A stretch of DNA of 64,000 nucleotides from positions 62,001 to 126,000 of the forward strand of contig BQFW01000004.1 of NCBI GenBank assembly GCA_020891255.1, in the 5' to 3' direction. How positions within the stretch are numbered: the stretch's first letter is position 1; each line of letters starts with the position of its first letter. Both the position numbers and the translations under genes were made by a program. Shown here piece after piece: positions 26,391 through 38,260 of this stretch. The notes below the pieces were generated by a model. That model did not search any database, had not been told where the DNA came from, and saw only the letters and a program-made list of their open reading frames with translations. The DNA is from Entomortierella parvispora E1425. Lineage: Eukaryota; Fungi; Mortierellomycota.

Positions 26391-28280
26391 ATGCACGACA
26401 TCATCCCCGGACCGCCCTTACTCGAGGCTTGTGCACAGGACAGCAAGACATCAACACAGACTTTACCGTCCCCATTAACGTCTAGGAGGCGATGTGTCAT
26501 GGACAGGGTGCTTGGCATGCCTGAACTGGTCCACGCCATGGCGCAGTACTTCATTGAACCTGATTTCCGCCAAATGTCTTTGGTCTGTCAGCTATGGCAT
26601 AGCGTGTGGTCTCCTTACCAGTGGCGTGCCCTATCTCTCTCTACTCGACCTCCCTTCCCTCCATCAAATGACCCATCAACTGCGGGAGCTGGGCCTGATA
26701 TACTCTCCAAGCCTGGATTGGCACGCTATGGAAGTCGTGTCCTTCAACTGAAGGCGCCTTGGTTGACTGCAGATGAGTTTCAGGCGTTGTCTCTTCATTG
26801 CCCTTGCCTACAAGAGTTGACGATCGCTCATTTTGAACTACCTCGCAGTCTCTTTGGACCCATGCTCAGCCGATGGAGAGAGCTCCGAGCACTGTCGTTG
26901 GAAGTGGGTAAGGACGATGATTTACGGTCGGATGGAGAAGGCAGTGCCGGGCTGTTGAGGACCATTGCGCAGAGTGCCCTGCATGGTTTGGAGTGTATTG
27001 AATTAACCTTTCAATGGTATGTCAAGATGGACGTTGACTTGATCTTTACTGTCTTGAAGTCCTATCCTTTGCTCAAGACCTTTAAACTCACGGACGCGGA
27101 TATCATCGCCACCCAATCTATCAGCGGAAAGTTGACCAAGGGATCCCATCGCCATGGCAAGGGCAAGGAAGTAATCGGCGTCCATGACCCCAGCAACGGC
27201 AGCAGTGCTGGATCTACGGGAATCAATGCGCAGAGGAAGCAGTTGGCAAAGGACTATGAGCAAGAAAACACCAGCCTAGAGCATGAGCCAGAGTGGGTAG
27301 ATGCAGTAGGTTCGTTTGGTTTGCGTTGTCTTTGCATCTCCAGTTCCTACATCTCGGACTCGACTCTGGAATTGATTTTGGAGTGCTGTCCGCGACTGGA
27401 AAGCATCCAGCTGCATTCCTGCAACGAAGTGACCGACCAAACACTGAGCACCTTGGCCAGGTTGAACAGGCGTCTACGTCGTTTGTCTCTCTCAGCCTGC
27501 AGGTCGATCACATCTCAGGGCTTGATTGAGCTCTTTGCGGGGATCGAGGACATGACGCAGATCCACCTCTGTGACCTCTCCTTGATTCGGGACGACTGTT
27601 TAGAAGCTCTGGCCAAACACCATGGCCATAGTCTGCAAAGGGTCAATATTTATTTTTCGGCCTTGCTGACGGAACGTGGGATCATGTCGATTCTGACGGG
27701 ATGCAGAAATCTCAGAGTGCTTGGATTTCAGGCCTATGGATCCTCGATAAAGCTCTTTGAAGTCCCCTGGGCGAGTAATAGGACTTTGGAACGGCTGGAT
27801 CTTCAAAGCACATTTAAAGGGGCAGTCGCGTCATTGTCACTGTTAACAGATACTGCGGATCCAGATGGTAGTAGAGATGTTTCTACATTAGAGAGGGAAA
27901 CTGAAGGTAACCATCTGGAGAATAGACAAAATGGCAGGCGAGGATTCATGGCCATGGCCATAGGCGAGCTTTTGTCGTCTCTACCACGATTGTGGGACCT
28001 GGGTCTGCAAGCTAAGGGTATGGAACGGGCAATCATTGAAGGATTGAATGCGTCTCAACGGATCAGGGTCTTGCACTTTTATGGTCTGCAGAGCATTGGC
28101 AGTGGGAGTGTTGTCGGGAATCCCATCCCATGGCGCAATCTTCGCAAAGGTTATCCCCATCTGCGGCGCTTTGCCTGTGGAGCTCTTGGAGCCTACCGAG
28201 ACTTTATAAAAGAAGAGCTGGCAAAGGTTGATATCGAGTTTCTACCCTCCTCAGCCGTCTCAAACATGGCGTTCGAGTGA
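26391..28280 (+). CDS. F-box/RNI-like LRR protein
   Basis: F-box-like MPELVHAMAQYF...MSLVCQLW, with LRR units such as CPRLESIQLHSCNEVTD and LRRLSLSACRSITS. Single exon; CCACCATG start. Confidence 0.8.
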   Translation: MHDIIPGPPLLEACAQDSKTSTQTLPSPLTSRRRCVMDRVLGMPELVHAMAQYFIEPDFRQMSLVCQLWHSVWSPYQWRALSLSTRPPFPPSNDPSTAGAGPDILSKPGLARYGSRVLQLKAPWLTADEFQALSLHCPCLQELTIAHFELPRSLFGPMLSRWRELRALSLEVGKDDDLRSDGEGSAGLLRTIAQSALHGLECIELTFQWYVKMDVDLIFTVLKSYPLLKTFKLTDADIIATQSISGKLTKGSHRHGKGKEVIGVHDPSNGSSAGSTGINAQRKQLAKDYEQENTSLEHEPEWVDAVGSFGLRCLCISSSYISDSTLELILECCPRLESIQLHSCNEVTDQTLSTLARLNRRLRRLSLSACRSITSQGLIELFAGIEDMTQIHLCDLSLIRDDCLEALAKHHGHSLQRVNIYFSALLTERGIMSILTGCRNLRVLGFQAYGSSIKLFEVPWASNRTLERLDLQSTFKGAVASLSLLTDTADPDGSRDVSTLERETEGNHLENRQNGRRGFMAMAIGELLSSLPRLWDLGLQAKGMERAIIEGLNASQRIRVLHFYGLQSIGSGSVVGNPIPWRNLRKGYPHLRRFACGALGAYRDFIKEELAKVDIEFLPSSAVSNMAFE

Positions 28281-28451
28281 GAGTAGAGTATTCAACAATG
28301 CGAATAAAGGCAGCAAGACCCCAAGGCTCTTGACTTCCTCATACCATTGCAGCACTTTCTAAATATTTGTCCATCTCTTTATCTCTGGCGTGATGCATCC
28401 CTGCTCGTCAATGATTACAATGGCGTCCTTTTTTTTTATTTGTAAAAATGT

Positions 28452-29783
28452 TCATCTCTTCCCTGCCTTTTTGCCCTTTGTCTTCTTTTTGCTGCTACTG
28501 CTAGGAGTAGATGCGGCGCCCGATGCTGCAGCTGGTTGGATGTATCCACATTCGTCCAGAAGTAACCGTGCTGCGTTGTTGATATGTTTAAACCGATCCG
28601 CGCTCAGAGGGATACCACCATACCATCTAATCATCCGAAATCGTCGGTTATTTAGTTATTCTCAGGGTCAAGTTACAGATGAAAAGCACATTTCATAATA
28701 GTATACCTTGATACAACGACCACTACATTCTTGACATCCAGAATTGACATGAGATGTAAAAGTCGGCTGCCTGCAGCGGTCTCTCCATCATCGTCATTAT
28801 CTGTTGGCATTAATCATATGAGATTGAGATTAGTCACTGACAGAAAATAAATGTTGCCCTCTTCTGGTCTTCGTGAATATCGATGCTGTACCTTGTGCAA
28901 TGGTTCCGTTTTCGTTTTCGACACGATAGGCCATGATGTTGTGAGTGGCCTTGATGACCTTTTTGTTTTCCTGCTTCAATTGTTGGATCATCCAAGGAAC
29001 CTCACCCGGCTGCTTGATTGCCGCCAAATGAGCCACAAAGACACTCTTGCGATCAACGATGGGTGGACCCGTCCGGATCTGCAAGACTGGCAGTCCGCTC
29101 GCCCTAGGACTTTTTGGATCAGAGGGAGACGAGACAGACAATGTCTGGAGTGAGGACGCAAGCGCTGAATGGTCTCCTGGCGTGGTACTGCTTCCTTCTG
29201 CAAAATAGTCCGTGAAAGGTTTTGATCCCTCTTCCTCTCCTTCATGGTCATCGTCATCCTCGTCGTCACTGATCTCTTCCTCTTCCTCCTCAGACTCGCC
29301 TGCCTCGTCCTCGTTGTTGTTGGAAGCACGGCTTGGCAAGTCCTCGAGATAGGATCGTAACCATTCGATCCAGGAAAAGACAACGACCTCTCCGGGGACA
29401 AAGCAATCTTCCAGTCCTTGATCAATCTCTTTGATCATGGCGTCGGTGAGACGAAGGTTGCCATAGTAAATACTCACAATCTCATGAACGGGAGCGGTGG
29501 TGTTGGTCTCGGGATAGCCCTCGGGAAAGTAAAGACGGAGCTCGAGTTCCTCCTTGTTGCCTTTGGTAGCGTTAAAGTGGTTGAGTTGTTGCTGGTGCGG
29601 ATGACTTTCTGTGGTGGGATCGTAGTCAAAGTCGGGTTCTTCCAGCGAGACCTTGAGGGTATAAACGGGTGGCGTAAAGGTCGAGGTAGAGGTAGAGGTA
29701 GGAACGGCTGCAGATCTGTAGAATGAAGCAGGGCCGTAGATGGAAACGATTGCAAGGGCTTCTTCCTCAAGGGCAGAGTCCAT
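28452..29783 (-). CDS. IMPACT: IMPACT/Yih1 (RWD + UPF0029 domains)
   Basis: EEEALAIVSIYG and FPEGYP (RWD), acidic linker, DRKSVFVAH, ATHNIMAYR, DDDGETAAGSRLLHL and VVSRWYGG. Two introns. Confidence 0.93.
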
Positions 29784-30560
29784 TGTACAGCTCCTGGGAA
29801 GAATGTGGAGGCGAGATCAGAATGAAGAGTTGTCGGATTGGCATGTGCATGAATGAATGAAGTGTTGATCGTTATATCCTACCAGAGTAGGAAATAACGA
29901 TCGCTTCTTTTTGTCGTTTCTTTTTTCTTTCGTGCTATTTTTTTTTTTATTTCTCTTGGTCATTCGCGTCATGGAGCTAACTGCTCTGTGCTGACCAACC
30001 CGTCTCCTGTCGATGACATTCCTTCTTGATGATGGCAGGGTGGCTGTAGCATGGTACCAAGATCAAAGAAGCGCACTGTGGCCCTGTGTCACGCTGTCAC
30101 TGGAACAAGAGATGAGTCCTGAGCCCTGCAGGTCGTGCCATCTGCGCACGTTGCAACCGCGTCTATGGGGAGTGACCAGTCGACCGTGCACCCGCGATCG
30201 CGATTGGAGATGAGGAGGATATAGTTGGGTTCCTTGAAGTGGACAGGGACAAGCAAAGCAAGGACGGTGTTCACGGCAAGGGCAAGCATAAAGACAAAGA
30301 CAAAGACAAGGACAAGAACAGGGGACACCATCCAATCCAACTCCATGCAATTCACTGCAGAAGGCGGTGACACGTTTGCTTTGCACTTGCATGAATGAAT
30401 TCTCCCCCTGCGGTTCTTGTGCGACCATTGACAGCATCGACTCGGTTCCTTCCTTCTTTCTGTCATTCTTTTCTTTCCTTCTCTCTCCCGCTTTCCCGTC
30501 CTCGTCTCTCCACTCTTTGCTCTCCTCTCTCCTCTCCTCTCCACAAACCGACACGCTGCA

Positions 30561-33500
30561 ATGGACAACAACCAGCAGCACATTAACAATGGATTCACCT
30601 TCCCAAAGCCCATCCCCACTCCCACCATCTCCCATCGACTGACCAATTCATCGTCAGAAAGAGGCAGCCCCAATGGCACCGGATTGCTCTCACTTTCCCC
30701 AGCTTCCCCTCCCTCCGCGCCCGCATTCCCGCGCAAGAAATGTATGGGGTTACCGTCCACTTTTGCTCGTGTGAGGTGGGATCATCCTCGGTGCTCACTG
30801 AATAGATGACTGACTCTTGATAGGGTTTCCTTTGCTCTGATTTTAGACATCATTGGTGTATGTGCCATGGATGACAAGGCTCGATCCAAGCCGATGCGCA
30901 ATATCCTTGACAGACTCTTGACCAACGGCCCCTTTGAGGCAATCATTTTTGGAGACAAGTGCATCCTCGACGAAGGTACTTGTTGTTACCTTTGTTGTTG
31001 TTATTGTCAAAGAAGTACAGCCACAAAAAGGGCAAAAAGATTGCGATCTGATAGGAGCATGCACAATGATGTGGATGACCAAGATGACAACTCACCCACG
31101 CTTATTTTTTTTTTCAACTGCCGCCACAGATGTGAAGGCATGGCCTGCCTGCGATTTCTTCATCTCTTTCTTCTCGAGAGGGTTTCCTTTGCGCAAAGCG
31201 ATAGACTATGTCAAACTCAGGACGCCCTTTTGTGTGAACGAAGTGGACTTGCAGACGGTGCTTTGGGACCGAAGACTGGTCCTTGAGATTCTGGATCAGA
31301 TCGGAGTGCCCACACCTCGTCGCTTGGCCATGGATCGGGATGGGGGCCCCACCTTGGATGATAGGGTGATGCAAAAGCTCAAACTCCGAGGATTGACCGT
31401 CGTTGAGAACAGAGAGGTCCCAGAGTTCAAAATCATTGATCAGGACACGATCCAGATTGGGGACCAGATCATCACGAAACCATTTGTAGAGAAACCAGTC
31501 TCTGGCGAGGACCACAACATCCATATCTACTACCACTCTTCCACAGGAGGAGGAGCAAGACGTCTGTTCCGAAAGGTAAGATTAACGGAGGTGGACCCTT
31601 CTCTTTCTCCTGGAATCGACTAGTGCTAATCATCAATTACTATTCCTGCATGCGCCAATCACGCAATCTAGGTCGCCAACAAGTCGAGCGAGTACGACCC
31701 AGATTTGACGTTTCCCAGGACTGAGGGCTCATTTATCTATGAGGAGTTCATGGACGTGGACAATGCAGAGGACATCAAAGTCTATACTATTGGCGATCAG
31801 TTTGTACATGCCGAAACCAGAAAGTATGCCCCTTGTTTTCAGCGGCTCGCCCACGAGCTTATTCTGATATGAGGTGAAATTGGCCCATGGCGTCTTTTCA
31901 CTGCCAACTCACACGAACATTACACCCTTCAACAACCCTGTCGTTCCAGATCCCCAGTCGTAGATGGACATGTGCGCAGGAACACGGATGGAAAAGAAAT
32001 TCGATATGTAGCCCAGCTCACCCCTGAAGAAAAGAAGATGGCTGCTGGAATCTGCAAGGTCTTTGGGCAACGTGTCTGCGGATTCGATCTTTTGCGCGTT
32101 GGAGGCAAATCCTATGTTATTGACGTCAACGGCTGGTCGTTCGTCAAGGGCAACAACTATTACTACAACAACTGCGCCAGCATTCTCCGGGATGTCTTTC
32201 TTCGGAATGCCCGTCAACGAAAGCTTTCGGAGGTCACCTTCCCGAGGGAGCTGAGCGCGGAAAACTCTTGGCGACTCAAGGCATTTGTGTCCGTATTCAG
32301 ACATGCAGATCGGACACCCAAGCAAAAGATGAAGTTTACATTCAGCTCTGCCCCCTTTCGAGAACTTTTGAACGGTGGAGGAGAAGAGGTCATTATCAGA
32401 CAGGCTCGGGATCTCAAGCTTGTCTCTGCAGCTGCAGAGCAGGCCATGGAAGAAGGGCTGGAGGACAGTGCCAAACTAATGCTCCTTAAAAACATTCTGG
32501 ACAAAAAATCGAACCTGCCCGGGACAAAGGTTCAAGTCAAACCGACCATCACCAAAGACGCAGATGGCTTATCTCAATCGGTCAAGCTTCAAATTATTGT
32601 CAAGTGGGGCGGAGAGGTACAGTTATTTTTTGTTAGTATGCAAAGTCATGAGCCTTTCTGGCATCCCAGTTCCTAACCGATCTATTTGTACTCTAGTTTA
32701 CCCATGCAGCCAAATATCAGTCAAGGGATCTCGGCGACAATCTCCGTAAAGACTTGCTCATCATGAACAAGGCCGTTCTGGACGATGTCAAGATCTTTAC
32801 ATCCTCTGAGCGTCGAGTTCGTGCCACAGCGGAGCTCTTTACTCAGCGATTTTTGGATATCCGAGAGGTTCCAAAGGATATGCTTTTGATCCGAAAGGAA
32901 ATGCTGGACGACAGCAACGCGGCCAAGGAAAAGACGGATGCCGTGAAAAAGGAGCTCTATAGCCTTTTGCAACCCGACCACGCCAAAGACATGGAGGAGT
33001 TGTGGCCACAGGATAAGACCGATCCGGGAGAGTTGGTCGAGGACATTATTCTGGCGATGCGGACATTGCGCGATATCATGCGGAAGAACTTCAAAGAACT
33101 GGACATTGAGTCGATTCAAAAGTCGTGGTGCTGCTATGAGAGTCCGTCTTTGTTTTACGAGCGATGGGAAAAGATCTTTTCAGAGTTTGCGGACGTGGAG
33201 CGATCCGAGTTTGACCCATCCAAGGTCTCAGAGCTGTACGACTCTTTGAAATACGATGCGCTTCACAACAGGACATTCCTCGAGAGTATCTTTGTGGACA
33301 GAGATTCGGATGTAGGCATGGGACCGATCAAGGCTCTGTACACAAAGGCAAAGGTCCTGTTTGACTTTGTGGCACCGTTGGAGTATGGTATCAGTCCCGA
33401 AGACCGACTCGAAATTGGGCTGCTGACAAGCTTGCCTCTGGTGAAGCAAATCGTGGAAGATTTGGAGTTGTGCAAACGATCGTCGACAGCCCCCTGCACT

Positions 33501-34280
33501 CGTCTCTATTTCACAAAAGGTAAGTTGTTTGGTCAGAAAAACAACCCGCTAATCTCCAGATTCATCATTTGCAGGATGATAATTAATCATTATTGATGGA
33601 TTCTAGAATCGCACGTCCACACTCTGCTCAACATTGTGTATCTCTCTGGGATGCCAACCAGGCTTCGAAAGACTGATATTCCTGAACTGGACTGTAAGTC
33701 AGTGGAGAGCGCGGTTCAATGATCTATCTGCTTTCATTTGCTGACCGTTCTCTTTCTGTTGGTAGATTTAACTCAGATCACATTTGAGCTATACGAAAGG
33801 ACTGGGCCGTCTGCACCCACCAGCAACAATAGCACGCCTGTGGGATCCCCCATGAACGGCAATGGCTTCAACTTCAGTGACCCCTACAGCCCCAATTCGC
33901 CTCAGACTTACGAGTATTCACTCCGGATCGGATTTTCGCCTGGCGCTGGCAATCCCAACATTCTGGATCTTCAAATGGACTCGAAGCATTGTCTCTCCGT
34001 GATGCAACGACGCAATCTGACGGATCATTTGCCCTTGGACGATGCCCTCAGTTACTACAAGAAGCAGATCAACAATCCAAAGTACCGGAGCGTCAACCGT
34101 CGGATTCGGGAGAGTCGAATGTTGGGCCACAAATTGGTTGTGGCCGAAAACGAGGAGGACGAGAAGCATGCGATTGAAGATGGAGAACCATTGATGATTA
34201 TTGGTTCACCGCCCGTCGGCCGAGGCATCGAGACTCACTTTATGGGCCAACGAAATGGGCCAGACTATCCTTTTATTTAG
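30561..34280 (+). CDS. VIP1: Inositol pyrophosphate kinase/phosphatase Vip1/Asp1 (PPIP5K)
   Basis: [44 protein letters not shown], phosphatase motif [17 protein letters not shown] and ESHVHTL. Seven GT-AG introns. Confidence 0.95.
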
Positions 34281-34718
34281 AACCAACATTGGATTTTTTT
34301 TTTTTTTTTTTTTTTGCTCTCCAAGATACCTCGTTTTTTTTTCTTCTTTCTTTTCATGCTCTTTCCTTTTTGCTTTCTTACAAGTCTGGCGCAAAAAACG
34401 CGTCAACGTCGAAAAGTTGTCATTTTTGGAATTCATCTCACCTGTTCACGTTCATAATATGACTCTTGGACTCAATTGGTTCCTTTTTTATTTTTTGTTG
34501 CCAAAATCAATTTTTTTTTATTTATTTTCTTTTGAAAGGTTTGATCATATCATGTCAAGTGGAGGTAATGGTACAATTGGAGCAGATTGATGCAAGGAGA
34601 AAGCGATCACACAGGGGTAGGTAGATAAACAGTCATGATGGTGATGCGGAATAATAATAAAAGTGAATAACTTGAACAGATGGGGTATGTGGGGAGGGAA
34701 GGAATGAGTGGGCTTCTT

Positions 34719-37700
34719 TTACCAAGCAAGCTTGGCAAGAATGCCTCCGGGGAAAGCACGGACTCCGGCCTTACGGATCTCGTCCATGAGCAGAACACAG
34801 ACAGCGCAAGGGATAGGGATAAACCAGTACTTGAGGGGGATGTCGCTGGTCAACATGACATTCTGGATCCAGGGCAGCTTGACGACAAAGATGGCAATGC
34901 AGATCGAGACGATCATTCCGCAAAAGATCCAAAGGTTGCGGCGGGCGGGACGAACAGGGTCGGCCTGAAGGATGGACATGCGACGATTGCGGATCGAGAG
35001 CAAGTTGCCCAGCTGCATGATCATCAGAGAGACAAAGACGATACACTGACCCTTGTAGGTGTAAGTGGTGTCGAACTCATTCTTAGTGACCCAGGGGTGC
35101 AACTTGGAGTAGTCAATGTTGCCAAAGGTTAAGACGAGATCCTTGAAGCCCAGGTTGGTGGCCTCCTTCAAGTATGTGAAGAAGAGCATGTTACTGAAGA
35201 AGGTCATGACGGATCCGATAAAGACATAGGACTGGAGGTAGATGCGGCCGGTAATCAAATGGTCCTTCTTGGCGTTACGGGGAGGCAAGGAAAGAAGATC
35301 GTATTCCTCCAACTCCATCACCAAGGTCATGCAGCAGAACGCGTCCGTGAAGCAGCAAATGATAATCATGAGGAAACTCGACAAGGGCAAGGGGGTACCC
35401 AAGAACGTGTTGATCAAGACAGGCCAGATCTCGGACCAGGATCCGGCAGGCAACAAGTAACCAATGACCTTTTGCAAGTTCTGGAACACAATACGTCCCA
35501 AGCGCATGGCCTGAGGGATCGAGTCGAAACCACCGAGGAGAATCAAGTCAGCAGCCTCAATGGCCACATCGGAACCAGAAACGACAGCAACACCGACATC
35601 GGCGGCCTTGAGAGCAGGAGCATCGTTGACACCATCACCCGTGACGGCAACAACACCATCGCGCTGCTGGAACTCTGTCACAATCTTGAGCTTTTGTTCG
35701 GGCGAGGTACGGGCAAAGACAATCTCCTCGTAGGCGCAGACAATATCCCACTCGCCAGGCGAAATGCGAGTAAGATCAGAGCCGGTCAAGACCAAAGAAG
35801 TGCCCTCGCGGAACTGGGGGCGTCCAACTTCGTATTCGCCCATCTCGTCCAAGGAACTCTCCGATCCGAGGCTATTGCTCTTGCGGGTAGGGTCCATGAT
35901 GTCCTCATAAGTGTCAGGCTCGCGGTCAGTGGCAAAGAGCCCAATCTGTCTGGCAATAGCAGCGGCGGTCAATCCAAAATCACCAGTGACCATGAAGAAA
36001 CGGGCACCAGCGCGACGGCACTCGGCGATAGTGGCCTTGATCTCGGGGCGGGGGGGGTCCATGATACCGACCAATCCAAGGATGCACAAGTTCTGGAGTC
36101 CCTGGCGCGTCAATTCCTCCTGCTGGGCAGAGCTTCCGCTGGAGGCACCGACCTGAGTGGCGGCAAAGTAGGGGTTGTACTCGCCCTTGCAGAGCATCAA
36201 GACACGTTGACCGCGGCGAGACCAAGCCTGCTGGATGCGGGCGAGTTCGGCAATCCATTGTTCGTTCAAAGGCTGGGGCTCGTTGTTGGAGCCGGTCAAG
36301 AAGGATCTGCAGTGAGGCAAAAGGATATCGGGAGCACCCTTGACAAGGACCAATTGAGCATCCTTCTCGTTAAAGTCGGAGCCAGCGTTACCCATGTGAG
36401 ATCCAAAGAGAGTCTTGATCACCTCGGGCTGAGCAGCTGTACCCTGGTAAACGGCCATCATCCATTTGTTGCGAGAGTTGAAAGGGATTTCCATGGTACG
36501 ATCAAAGCAGGTCGAAAGCAAAGAAGTATCCGAGGTCTGGGTGGCAAAGCGCAAGAGGGCAGAGTCGGTGGCATCACCAAGGACATTGCGCTCAGCGACG
36601 GGGAGATGCATGGTCTCGGTCTCGAATTTGGCATTGTTGCAGAGAAGGGTGGCGAGCTGGAGTTGACGAAGAGCCAAGACCTCAGGAGAGTCCTTGGGCT
36701 GGGGAAGGGAGTTGGGGCGGGTCTCCTTCTCGAACTTGAGAGTCACTTCTTCAGGGGTGGATTCCACGTCAAGGAAGGCAACGTCGGTGATGAACATCTT
36801 GTTCTCGGTCAAAGTTCCAGTCTTGTCAGAGCAGATGACGTTCACACATCCGAGGGTCTCGACAGTGGTCAAGGCCTTTGGCAAAATGTTGGCGGCACGC
36901 ATGCGACGAGCAATCATGAGAAGGGTCAAGGAGACACAGACGGGCATACCTATTTTGATATGAAACAGAAGCATGTCAGTACAAATAGAGTCTACACCAG
37001 CAGAGTTGCATATACATTGCCGCACTGAAAGACAAACTTACCCTCGGGGATGAAGGCGACAACACAGCCCATCAAGGTAACAAGAAGACTGGCAGTGTTC
37101 ATGAAATCGGGGTAGGAACGACGAATCCAGGCAGCCCAGACAATGAGAATAATTGAAGCAAGGACACAGGTGAGGCCGACAATAATCTTGACGAAGCGGT
37201 CAATCTCCTGCTGGATAATCGTCCTCTTCTCCTTGCGTCCGGCAGTCAACTTGTTGATACGGCCCATGAGGGTGTCGTTACCCTTCAAGACTACAATACC
37301 AACACACGATCCCTGGACAATGTGGGTACCCATGAAAGCAATGTTCTTGGACTCCAAAAAGTTGTCGTCCGTGGCAGTGGTGCTGGCCTCAATAGCCTCA
37401 GACTCTCCAGTCAAGACGGCGCGGTCAAAGCGGGTATCGTTCGAGGCCTGAAGGAGACGCAAGTCAGCGGGGACCTTGTTACCGAGCGAGAGGTGGACGC
37501 GATCACCGACCACCAGTTGGGAGGCGGGAATCTTTGTCTGAACACCGTCGCGAGAGACAATACAGTCAGCGGGGATCATGTCCATGATCGAGGACATGAC
37601 CTTTGCGGTCGAGAAGTCTTGGAAGGCAGAGAAGGAGGCTTGCAAGAAGATGACAAAGATCTGTTTTTGAGATCAGAACAAAAAAAAAAAAAAGGGAGTT

Positions 37701-38260
37701 AGTTGACTGATGGGGCGACAAGCGAGACGAAAGGGTGATCAGGGAAAAAGAACACATACGACAAGAACGGCCAAAGCCAAGTTGGTGACATTGGGAGGGT
37801 TGGACAGTGGTGGTTGCCAGCAGACAAAAAAGGTGATGACACCGATCCAGAGGACAGAGCAGAAACCTCCAAAGAGGTAGCCAAGAATCTTCTTCAGGTA
37901 GTTGGGCTTGCGAATGTCCAAGGTGTTGGGTCCGTTGGCGGAGAGTCTGCGAGCAGCCTCGGCTGGAGCGAGGCCAGACGTCTCGTTCGAGTTGAAGCGA
38001 AGACTGATCTCGGCCGTCGTCAGCTTGTGAAAGTCAACAGTGGAGAAAAAGTCAGTCTCGCCCTCAGTGCTGTCCTTGCCCTTGCTAGACTTTGAGCTCA
38101 TGAAGCCGCCCTGGGTCTCGGTCTTGCTCGATCGTTGGGTCTCAGTAACGTGCATGGACAAGGTGCGGAACTCGATGGGGACGGCATTGCCATGGGCGCG
38201 CTCCATAGTTTGGGTGCGGGTCATGGCCAGGGACTTTCTGTGTTCTTTTTCACTTGACAT
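34719..38260 (-). CDS. P-type ATPase, Na+/K+-ATPase alpha-like (P2C-like fungal group)
   Basis: TGES, VAFIPEGMP, CSDKTGTLTEN, KGAPD, DPPR and TGDGVNDAPALK. N-terminal PIEFRTLS. Confidence 0.9.

Noticed and set aside
23833-28280. CYP450 as part of a secondary-metabolite cluster
   Set aside because: No PKS, NRPS, terpene synthase or tailoring genes lie nearby.
35259-37028. 589-aa plus-strand ORF (likewise 22209-23189, 4664-5272, 2302-2955)
   Set aside because: Antisense shadows of codon-biased genes, with no domain motifs.
4272-38260. HMT1, OPT, P-type ATPase and VIP1 as a metal/ion homeostasis cluster
   Set aside because: They are interspersed with unrelated housekeeping genes and no shared motif was seen; ordinary gene order is the simpler explanation.
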